Shown: in pieces, positions 9,049 to 17,103 of the stretch
How positions within the stretch are numbered: the stretch's first letter is position 1
Layout of the letters: each line of letters starts with the position of its first letter
DNA from: an uncultured Bacilli bacterium
GTDB lineage: Bacteria; Bacillota_I; Bacilli_A; RFN20; CAG-826
DNA: 64,000 nucleotides
Direction of reading: 5' to 3'
Assembly (NCBI GenBank): GCA_944363525.1
Contig: CALVUF010000003.1
Span: 173,776-237,775 of the forward strand
Notes under the pieces: model-generated
Seen by the model: only the letters and a program-made list of their open reading frames with translations
Databases searched by the model: none
Told to the model about the DNA's origin: nothing
Translations under genes and position numbers: made by a program

Positions 9049-10767
9049 ATGAAGAAGATCAAGAGTTTGCTTCCCTATTTAAAAGGCAGTTACCCCCTGT
9101 GCGTGCTTTCGCTTCTTTTCGCCTCGCTCTCCGTCGCCTCGAAGATGGCGATCCCCTTCATCACCGGTTTAGCCGTCGATTGCTTAGAGGAGGGCAATTT
9201 CGACATCGGGGTCCATCTGATCCTCTGTCTCGGCTTGCTTTTATTAGGCTCGGTGTTCCGTTATTTCTTCGATTTCTCGGTCTCGATCATTGGGAACCGG
9301 GTGGTGAAGAAGATGCGGGATGACCTCTTTGCCAAGTATCTGCACGCCCCGATTTCCTATATCGACTCCAAAGACCATGGCGATTTGATCCAACGGCTCA
9401 TCGCCGATATCGAGAACGTCCAGACCGGCCTCATCACCGGGGCCGGGGCGGTCTATGAAGGGGCGGTTCAGATCCTCATCACCTTGGTGTTCATGTTCTA
9501 TTTGAACTATGCCTTGGCCTTATTGGTCGTGGTCTTGACCCCGGTTTCGGCCTTGGTCTCAAAATTCATCAGCACAAGAAACGCCAAATACTTCAAGAAG
9601 CAATCGGCCGAACGGGGCCAACTCAACGCCTATGGCTTAGAGTCGATCACCAATTTGGAATCGATCCAATCCTATGGTTTAGCCCAAGAGAAGGAAGAAA
9701 CGTTTGCCTTAGTTAACGAAGAAGTACGCTTAGCCAACTTCAAAGCCAGCTTCGCCGCCTCCTGGATTAACCCCGGGACCCGCCTAGTCAATAACTTCAT
9801 CTATGGCTTGGTCATCCTCTTCGGGGCTTATATCATCGTCGCTGATCTTAACCTCGGGGTCGCCTTCTCGGTCGGGGCTTTGTCCTCTTTCCTGACTTAC
9901 TCCCTCCAATACATGACCCCCTTCAACGAGATCGCCGATGCCGCGAGCGACGTCTTCTACGCCTTAACCAGCTTAGCCAGAGTCCAAGAAGAGATCGAGA
10001 GCCCGGATGATATTGACGAAGGGGAGATCGAACTGGTGGATAAAGTCGAATCCTTGGAAGCCAAGCATCTGAACTTCGGCTATACCAAAGGGCAGAAGAT
10101 CATCGACGACTTCTCCCTCGATGTCTATAAAGGCCATAAGATCGCCCTTGTCGGCCCGACGGGATGCGGCAAAACGACCATCATCAATCTTCTTATGCGG
10201 TTCTATGACCCCCAGGAGGGCGGATTCTATTTCAACGGGATCGATTCGAAGCAAATCAAGAAGCATTCGCTCCGTTCCCATATCGGGATGGTCCTCCAAG
10301 ATACCTGGCTCGCCAATATGTCGGTGAAGGACAACATCGCCTTCGCCAAACCCGAGGCCAGCTTTGAGGAGATCGTCGCGGCCGCCAAAAAGGCCCATGC
10401 CGATGAATTCATCCGCCGGTTGCCTAGTGGCTACGACACGATCGTCGGCAATAACTCCGGCCTCTCGATGGGGGAGAAGCAATTGCTCTGCGTCGCCCGG
10501 ATCATCCTGCTCGCCCCCGAGATTGTCTTGCTTGATGAAGCGACGTCCAATATCGACCTCCGGACGGAATTGTCTTTGGCTTCGGCTTTTGACGAATTGA
10601 TGAAAGGCAAGACCTCCTTAGTCGTCGCCCACCGGTTAAGCACTATTCGGAACGCCGATTATATTTTGGTCATGAAAGCGGGGAAGATCATCGAGGCTGG
10701 GAATTTCGGCGAATTGATGGCCCAAAACGGTTTCTTCGCTGAATTGTATAATTCGCAATTGGCTTAA
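9049..10767 (+). CDS. ABC exporter half-transporter, partner subunit with a degenerate signature motif
   Basis: Walker A is GPTGCGKTT and Walker B is IVLLDEATS (intact). The signature reads LSMGEKQ instead of LSGGQ. It starts 4 nt after the stop of the previous half-transporter. Confidence 0.9.
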   Translation: MKKIKSLLPYLKGSYPLCVLSLLFASLSVASKMAIPFITGLAVDCLEEGNFDIGVHLILCLGLLLLGSVFRYFFDFSVSIIGNRVVKKMRDDLFAKYLHAPISYIDSKDHGDLIQRLIADIENVQTGLITGAGAVYEGAVQILITLVFMFYLNYALALLVVVLTPVSALVSKFISTRNAKYFKKQSAERGQLNAYGLESITNLESIQSYGLAQEKEETFALVNEEVRLANFKASFAASWINPGTRLVNNFIYGLVILFGAYIIVADLNLGVAFSVGALSSFLTYSLQYMTPFNEIADAASDVFYALTSLARVQEEIESPDDIDEGEIELVDKVESLEAKHLNFGYTKGQKIIDDFSLDVYKGHKIALVGPTGCGKTTIINLLMRFYDPQEGGFYFNGIDSKQIKKHSLRSHIGMVLQDTWLANMSVKDNIAFAKPEASFEEIVAAAKKAHADEFIRRLPSGYDTIVGNNSGLSMGEKQLLCVARIILLAPEIVLLDEATSNIDLRTELSLASAFDELMKGKTSLVVAHRLSTIRNADYILVMKAGKIIEAGNFGELMAQNGFFAELYNSQLA

Positions 10768-11303
10768 AACCTAGCTTCCCGGCATAAGCCCGAGGGCTGA
10801 TAGGGACGGCATAATAAAACCATATCTTCCTTGGCTAATTCCCCGTCTTGGCTGACCGGGTAATAACCGGAAAGGCGAAAGAAGGAAACCGCCCTTTGGT
10901 AAAGTTTAGGGAGATAGACGAAGAAGGAAGTCTCCTTGAATTGGCTATGGATTGAGGCTAAAAGGTTCCGTCCATACCCTTGCCCTTCATAGGCCGGATC
11001 GATGCCTAAGAACTTAATGAGGATGATTCGTTCCCCTTTGTAGGCAATCCGTTCGAAGACGGATTCGCTGTTTTTGAAGGCTTTTCCAGCGGGGAAGCAG
11101 TCATCGAGGCTTGAGCCGATCTCAAACATCCCGAGGTCCCGCCGGGCTGAGGAATAGACATAGACATGGTCGAGGTCAATCGGCTGGGGATAGAAGGTTT
11201 CGAAGCTCGCGAGCCCCGCCCGTTCCAAGCCGTCCTCGATCCGATTTAGCAATTTAGCCAATAGAGGGCGATTGGCTTCTTTAGCCTTGGTTAATCTTTC
11301 CAC
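10764..11303 (-). CDS. GNAT family N-acetyltransferase
   Basis: Motif A reads GIDPAYEGQGYGRNLL. The protein is 179 aa. Confidence 0.75.
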   Translation of the reverse strand: MERLTKAKEANRPLLAKLLNRIEDGLERAGLASFETFYPQPIDLDHVYVYSSARRDLGMFEIGSSLDDCFPAGKAFKNSESVFERIAYKGERIILIKFLGIDPAYEGQGYGRNLLASIHSQFKETSFFVYLPKLYQRAVSFFRLSGYYPVSQDGELAKEDMVLLCRPYQPSGLCREARF

Positions 11304-11355
11304 TTGCTTATCCTTTTAGGCGGTTTTATTCTACACTTCTAGACGAGGAAGACGG

Positions 11356-14300
11356 ATGTTTTGCTACGGTGATAAATTATATAAGGGCCATGCCATCCGC
11401 CTCCGTTATGATCCCGAGACCAACGCTGACCTCTGCCCCGACTTAGAGAAAAGGCTGGCGGCCTATAGTTCCCTTTATTTCCGGAAAGGCCACGCCGGCT
11501 ACCCCCGGGATTATGTCTTGCTAGACGAAGACGAAGAGGAATTGTTTTCCTTTTCCTTAGCCGATTGGACCATCGTCGCCTATGAAGTCGATGAAAAAGG
11601 AACCCCGTTATATGTCTTATTGGCCCATTTAGGTGGGTTCATTCCCTCTTATGTCGTGAATTTGGCTAATGGGGAGATCGCCGTCGCCTTGTTCGAGGAA
11701 TACCACGTGGTGGCCGAGGGACAGCATTATTGGCTCCGCGAACTCCGCAGCCTCTTCGACGACCCGAAATACATCCCTCTGGTTAGTCCTGGTCGACGGG
11801 TTAAACCCCGTTACGAAGAGGAGGAAGAGGAAGCCGACGTTCCGGAAGTGCAAGGCTATTTTCAGACTAACGCCAAAAAGAAGATAAGGAACCTCGGCTA
11901 TAGCCCCCGAAACGTGGAAGAAGAGGAAGAATCGGCCGAACAGCCGGATATCCCTGCCTTTGCCCCGCCGTTCACCCCGGGCTCGTCGAAGAAGCCCAAA
12001 CGGATCACCGGCTCCTTCGATCCCAAGCCGAAAATAGCCCCGGCGAACATCGGGCAATTCAAGAAACCGGCCTTTGAAGCCGAAAGGAAAGGGCCAATCC
12101 CCAACCTTGAAGCCAACCCCAATTACCGGAAGAAACCCAGCTACCGGACTTACGTCAAGGTCAACCCGACCTATGATTTCCGACCCGGGGCGGCCGTCTC
12201 CCGCAACACCTATTACCAGTTGGTCGGGAATCCGGCCAATTACTCGATCAAATCCCGAATCGAGAAGGAACTATCGAATGGCAAGCCCGAGTTCGATGAC
12301 CATTGCATCTATTGCCCGCGGGCCCTTCCTTCTGGCGACTTGGTCTACGACCTTTTAGCCGATTTCCGTCCGGAGGATTACGCCATTCTGGCTGCGGTCG
12401 GGAACCAAGCCAAAGTCGCCTCGCAGGTTTTGCTCCGCCATATCGGCGAGCCCTTGTTTTATCTTGTCCTTCAATTGGGACGGAAGAATAAACTGCCGAT
12501 CCTGGCCTATTCAAGCATTGACGTCTCGGTCGATAATAATTTCGTCTCCGGCAATTTCCTGTATTCGATCTACGAAAAGGAAAACGCGGTCGAAGAAAAG
12601 GCAGCGGAACCCGAGCCGGTTGTCACCCCCGAGCCAATCAAAGAAGAGCCGTTCGTTCCCACGGTCCCCGAACCTCCTTTGCCTGAAGCCCCAATCGAAG
12701 AGGAAGAGCCGGAAGTCGATTTCGACTTGGTCGAGGAACGGCGCTTATTCCGTTGTTTCCGTTTCCAGACCTCCTTGGCTAAACTCGTCGATAAGCATCC
12801 GGAGGCCGAAGAGGAGATCGCCAATCTGCAGAAAGAGATCATCACCCGGAGCGAAGGCAGTTTCCGGCAATATTTGGAAAGCCGGAACCACAAACAGATC
12901 AAAAAGATCCATAAGTTCCGCCTTAAGGGCGTCGATTACGCCGCCGCCCGAATTTTCTTCATCTTCGGTTCCGACGCCGCCCGTTATCCGAGCTTAGCCA
13001 ACCGGAATTTCCTCTCCTCCGATGTCTTGCTGCTTGACATCATTCCCCATGAGCAGCATGACCAGCAGGGCGAGTGGGCCGCCTTTTGGGAGGCTCGGTT
13101 GAAGGAGAACCGCTCTTTGCAGCTCGAACGGGTGTTCCTCGACGTCAACAAGAAGAAGACTGATTCGATTGCTTATCCAAGCGAAAAGCAATTCAATTTG
13201 CTCCGGAATGCCAGTTTGGTCCCACCGGTCGCCTTCATCGGCTCCGCCGGGACGGGAAAAACCATTCTTTCCTTGCAAAACTGCCTTGATTTACAAGGAA
13301 ATGGCTCAGTTCTGTATTTGACTTACGAGCCGGCTTTGCGGGATTATGCCGAGAAAAAGCTCTCGGAAATGGGGGCCAATAACGTCGAATGCTATACCTA
13401 CGCCGAGCTCGCTTCCTCCGAGCTTGGTGGGGCCAAGTTAGCCGATGAGGCTTACTTCCATTCCTTCCTGCTCGATTACTTGGATAAACGGCCTCCGCTA
13501 AGCAAAAAACTGAAAGCTATTGGCGGGTCAAGGGCCGCCCAAGCCAGCCGGGTGTATCTCTTCCTTCGGGGATTGATGTTCGGCTCGAAAGAGTGTGAAC
13601 AATCATCTAAATTGAGCCTTGATCAATTCCTATCCAAGATGGCCGATGAGCCTTCGATATCCAGCGAACTGGCTTCGGTTATTTACGAGATCGGGGTGGC
13701 TTATGAAAAGCAGCTTAAAGCCGATGGCCTCGCGACCGATAACCTCTTGGCTTGCCGGCTCATTAATAAGAAGAAACGGAGCCATTCCTATAGCGCGGTG
13801 GTCCTCGATGAATACCAGGATCTGACTGAGCTCCAGTTCATCTCCTTATTGCCGTATTTAGGGAGGAAGGAGACCCGACGGCTTTCCTTATATCTATATG
13901 GCGACGAGAACCAATGCGTCAACCCGACCATCTTCTCCTGGTCGCGGGCTAATGCCGCCTTGACCGAATACTTCGACCATTCATTCAAGATCTCGACCTT
14001 ATCCCTTGATGGCTCCTATCGAAGCGGCCCCAACCTTCTGGCTTTCATCAATAAGCTGAAAACCATCAAGAAGGAATCGATTGGGGCCCAGAAGCAGGAA
14101 CTCGACGCCGAGGAGAAATCCTTGCGGGAAGACCAAGAGGACCTCTTCGTCGCCTATATCGAGGAGAAAGGGAAGTTCGCCGATATCGTCAAAGTGGCCG
14201 CCCTTTCTGACGCCGACATCGTCTTCCTCTTCCCTTCGCCATCCTCTTGCAAAGCCAAGAAGGTCAGTTTGAAGCCGATTGAGGATCCGACCGTTCAAAC

Positions 14301-15060
14301 CTATATTCAAAGTTCCTTCCTCTCGGTCGGGGAAGCCAAAGGCCGGGAATGGGACGCGGTGGTCTTAGTCGATTTCCTAAGCGAATTCGGGGAGGAGTTT
14401 GCCGCTTGCTTAGAAGGCAAAGACTCCTCGACCCATGCCTCGACTATCCACCGGATGATGTTCAACCGGCTTTACGTCGGCTTGACCCGGGCCCGTAACC
14501 AGATCCTGATTTACGAGGAGGATGTTCCGGAGGTTTCAAAGGAAAAACTTTTAGTGAGCCTTGAGCCCTTGCCATTTGAGGATTATCGCTCCTTATTCCG
14601 CGACATCGTCGACCCGAAGCATTGGATCGCCCATGGGAAGCGGTTACTAGCCGAGCGCGATTACCTCGGAGCCAAACGGGCCTTCGAACGGGTAAAAGAA
14701 GACAAAGAAGGGGAACGGCTACTGAAGATCGCCGAAACCTACGTCCATTACGAGGATTGCCTCAACCTCCGCGATTCCTCTAATTGGGAAAGCGACTACA
14801 TCAATTTCCTTCTTAGCCAAAATGACCTCGCCCATCTTCGTGACCTCTATCGGAGATTGGGGCAAAAGGAGAAAGCCGATTTGCTCCATTTAACCCATAC
14901 CTCCCAGGAAGAAGGGGATGTGGTCGACTTATTCCGGAAGGTGGTGGAGCAATCCACTTTCTTAGAGAAAGCCACCTTCTTCGATTTCAGTTGCCGGAAA
15001 CTCGGCAAGAAGATAAAAAACGCCTTGAAAGGAGATAACGCCAATGGAAAACGCCGATGA
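11356..15060 (+). CDS. Large (1234 aa) protein: unknown N-terminal domain, an acidic/Pro-rich disordered linker, a UvrD/PcrA-like SF1 helicase core and a C-terminal TPR-like tail
   Basis: Helicase motifs: Walker A FIGSAGTGKT, motif II VVLDEYQDLTE, motif III YGDENQ, motif IV YRSGPN, motif VI YVGLTRARN. The N-terminal ~140 aa contain VLLDEDEE...YEVDEKG, a possible PD-(D/E)xK site. The linker contains PEPVVTPEPIKEEPFVPTVPEPPLPEAPIEEEEPE. A GAGGAAG ribosome-binding site precedes the start. Confidence 0.85.
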   Translation: MFCYGDKLYKGHAIRLRYDPETNADLCPDLEKRLAAYSSLYFRKGHAGYPRDYVLLDEDEEELFSFSLADWTIVAYEVDEKGTPLYVLLAHLGGFIPSYVVNLANGEIAVALFEEYHVVAEGQHYWLRELRSLFDDPKYIPLVSPGRRVKPRYEEEEEEADVPEVQGYFQTNAKKKIRNLGYSPRNVEEEEESAEQPDIPAFAPPFTPGSSKKPKRITGSFDPKPKIAPANIGQFKKPAFEAERKGPIPNLEANPNYRKKPSYRTYVKVNPTYDFRPGAAVSRNTYYQLVGNPANYSIKSRIEKELSNGKPEFDDHCIYCPRALPSGDLVYDLLADFRPEDYAILAAVGNQAKVASQVLLRHIGEPLFYLVLQLGRKNKLPILAYSSIDVSVDNNFVSGNFLYSIYEKENAVEEKAAEPEPVVTPEPIKEEPFVPTVPEPPLPEAPIEEEEPEVDFDLVEERRLFRCFRFQTSLAKLVDKHPEAEEEIANLQKEIITRSEGSFRQYLESRNHKQIKKIHKFRLKGVDYAAARIFFIFGSDAARYPSLANRNFLSSDVLLLDIIPHEQHDQQGEWAAFWEARLKENRSLQLERVFLDVNKKKTDSIAYPSEKQFNLLRNASLVPPVAFIGSAGTGKTILSLQNCLDLQGNGSVLYLTYEPALRDYAEKKLSEMGANNVECYTYAELASSELGGAKLADEAYFHSFLLDYLDKRPPLSKKLKAIGGSRAAQASRVYLFLRGLMFGSKECEQSSKLSLDQFLSKMADEPSISSELASVIYEIGVAYEKQLKADGLATDNLLACRLINKKKRSHSYSAVVLDEYQDLTELQFISLLPYLGRKETRRLSLYLYGDENQCVNPTIFSWSRANAALTEYFDHSFKISTLSLDGSYRSGPNLLAFINKLKTIKKESIGAQKQELDAEEKSLREDQEDLFVAYIEEKGKFADIVKVAALSDADIVFLFPSPSSCKAKKVSLKPIEDPTVQTYIQSSFLSVGEAKGREWDAVVLVDFLSEFGEEFAACLEGKDSSTHASTIHRMMFNRLYVGLTRARNQILIYEEDVPEVSKEKLLVSLEPLPFEDYRSLFRDIVDPKHWIAHGKRLLAERDYLGAKRAFERVKEDKEGERLLKIAETYVHYEDCLNLRDSSNWESDYINFLLSQNDLAHLRDLYRRLGQKEKADLLHLTHTSQEEGDVVDLFRKVVEQSTFLEKATFFDFSCRKLGKKIKNALKGDNANGKRR

Positions 15061-15502
15061 CAAGTTGATCAAGACCTTAGAGAGCCTTGAGCAATTAGAG
15101 GAGGACATCGCCTCAATTAAGGAAGTGGAGGAAAGCTTTGATAGCCGGCTCGCCGAATTATCCGACCAGGTCGAATCGCTCCATAACCGCCTAGGCGAAT
15201 ATAACCGCCAACTCGATGCCTTATCCTCCTGGGTCGAGAAGATCGAATCCTTTGCCAGCAAGTTCGCCGCCGTCAGCGCTTTGCTTGACCAGACCATGAA
15301 CGCCCTGACCAAGGAGACACTGGAAGCCACCGGGCAAAAACTCGACGAGGTCAAAGGGGCCTGCGAAGAGGTTGTCAGCAAACTTAATGAAGCCTCCGAG
15401 ACCAAGGAAAAGGAAAAAGAAGTCAAAACCGTCGGCAAAGGGATCAAATATGACCCGAAGAAGCGGAGCGGGGCCAAAGGGCAGGGGAAGAAAAAGAAAT
15501 GA
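15044..15502 (+). CDS. Coiled-coil protein (152 aa) with a Lys-rich C-terminal tail
   Basis: It overlaps the helicase gene end by 17 nt and the downstream gene by 4 nt (ATGA). The sequence is a heptad-like, E/L/S-rich helix ending in GAKGQGKKKK. Confidence 0.55.
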   Translation: MENADDKLIKTLESLEQLEEDIASIKEVEESFDSRLAELSDQVESLHNRLGEYNRQLDALSSWVEKIESFASKFAAVSALLDQTMNALTKETLEATGQKLDEVKGACEEVVSKLNEASETKEKEKEVKTVGKGIKYDPKKRSGAKGQGKKKK

Positions 15503-16404
15503 GCCGGGATCCCGCCGTCGTCTCCTTCACCATGAGCCATATCAAAGGCAAGGATACGGGGATCGAATTAAAACTAAGGAAGCGGCTATACTCCGATGGC
15601 TTCCGATTCTTAACCAATTCCAAACGGGCGTTCGGCCATCCGGATATTCTCTTTCCCGGGATTCGGCTGGCTGTCTTCGCCGATTCGGAGTTTTGGCATG
15701 GGTATAAATTCGCGGAAAATGAAGCCAAACTCGCAACCCATCGGGATTATTGGGTAGCGAAGATTAAACGGAACATGGCCCGGGACGCGGAAGTGAACGC
15801 TGAGTTGGCCAAGCAAGGATATAAGGTCCTCCGTTATTGGGGCTTTGAGATCAATAAGGATTTCAAAAGAGTCATCGCGGAAATCGAGGATGCCGTAAGG
15901 TTACGGCAACAAGCGTTGGCGCTGGCTAAACGTCCTAAGGAATTCACCACCTTAAGCTATTACAAGCAAGGCTCCAAATATCTGCTGCTTTATCGCGACA
16001 AGAAGAGAAACGATCTGAATGAGGGTAAGTATTTAGGCATCGGAGGCCATGTCGAAGAGGGCGAAACCTACCTTGAAGCCAGTAGACGGGAATTCGCCGA
16101 AGAGACCGGATTAACCGTCAGCAAACAGGCCTATTTAGGGCGGATCGATTTCGTCGCTTTCCCCTCCTACGCCGAACGGATGTATTTGTTCCGGGTCGAG
16201 GAAACGATAGGGCAACTAAACACCAACTGCGACGAAGGGGAACTCCGTTATGTCGAGGAAAACGACATTTTTAGTCTCCCGATGTGGGAAGGGGACAAAG
16301 TCTTCTTGCCCCGGCTCCTCTCCAACACCCGTTTTCGCCTGACTTTGATCTATCAGAACGGCCAATTAATCGACGTTATTGGGCCGATTGACGTCAAGAG
16401 TTGA
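15499..16404 (+). CDS. vsr: Very-short-patch-repair (Vsr) endonuclease fused to a Nudix hydrolase
   Basis: The N-terminal half aligns with Vsr: MSHIKGKDTGIELKLRKRL; GHPDILFP; FADSEFWHGY, with the D/D/H catalytic positions kept. The C-terminal half has a perfect Nudix box, GGHVEEGETYLEASRREFAEETGL. Confidence 0.85.
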   Translation: MSRDPAVVSFTMSHIKGKDTGIELKLRKRLYSDGFRFLTNSKRAFGHPDILFPGIRLAVFADSEFWHGYKFAENEAKLATHRDYWVAKIKRNMARDAEVNAELAKQGYKVLRYWGFEINKDFKRVIAEIEDAVRLRQQALALAKRPKEFTTLSYYKQGSKYLLLYRDKKRNDLNEGKYLGIGGHVEEGETYLEASRREFAEETGLTVSKQAYLGRIDFVAFPSYAERMYLFRVEETIGQLNTNCDEGELRYVEENDIFSLPMWEGDKVFLPRLLSNTRFRLTLIYQNGQLIDVIGPIDVKS

Positions 16405-16507
16405 AGCGGCGGCAAAAAAGTTTATTTTTCTTATTGACCTAGACTTCGCTTTGACTAAAATATGCGTTGCCCGATGGAAGGCCCGACCCCTAGCCCTTCC
16501 ATCGGGT

Positions 16508-16516
16508 TTTTGTGTT
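16508..16516 (+). promoter_or_regulatory. Extended -10 TGtTATATT, 14 nt upstream of the candidate ATG at 16531
   Basis: Read directly. Confidence 0.4.
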
Positions 16517-16530
16517 ATATTAGCCGCGTT

Positions 16531-17103
16531 ATGGAAAAAGCCACGATCGATGTCTCCCCAAAAGAGATCTACGCCGACGGGAAAGCCGGTGGATATCTAT
16601 TATCGGCCTTAAACCAATTTTGCCCCGATTTAGCCCCGAACGTCTCCTATTTATTCGTCGGCTATTCCTTGCTTGACCAAGACCTCTATGGGGCGTTGTT
16701 TGATTTAGCGATGATCAGCCTCTCCTCCTTGGTCTTAAAACGCCAGCTCCTCATTGGCCAAGACGAGACCAAATTGCCGGAGTGGGGGGATTTCCCGCCC
16801 GACCCGAATCAGGAGAAGTTTCTAAAACTCTCCGAGGTCTTAATCGGCAGTTTGACGGTGAACCTCGCCAATAAGGAAGGGATGGACCTCATCGATTGCT
16901 TTGGTCCAGCCCAAGCGATGGCCGGGGCTCTCTATGAAGGGATCCGCGATGGGTATAATGAGGATAGCGAAGACAAAAAGCAGGCTTTGGCCCATTTTAA
17001 GGACATCTATCTAAGCAGTCCCGACAAGCAAAGCCATTTTATCGAAATAACCAAAGGGCTCGAGCGGATTCTCCTCGAAACCTCGTTTAGGAGCGCAGCA
17101 TGA
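16531..17103 (+). CDS. Hypothetical protein (start uncertain; the ORF track begins at 16462)
   Basis: Continuous ORF with a short overlap into the downstream aminopeptidase gene. No recognizable motif. Confidence 0.45.
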   Translation: MEKATIDVSPKEIYADGKAGGYLLSALNQFCPDLAPNVSYLFVGYSLLDQDLYGALFDLAMISLSSLVLKRQLLIGQDETKLPEWGDFPPDPNQEKFLKLSEVLIGSLTVNLANKEGMDLIDCFGPAQAMAGALYEGIRDGYNEDSEDKKQALAHFKDIYLSSPDKQSHFIEITKGLERILLETSFRSAA

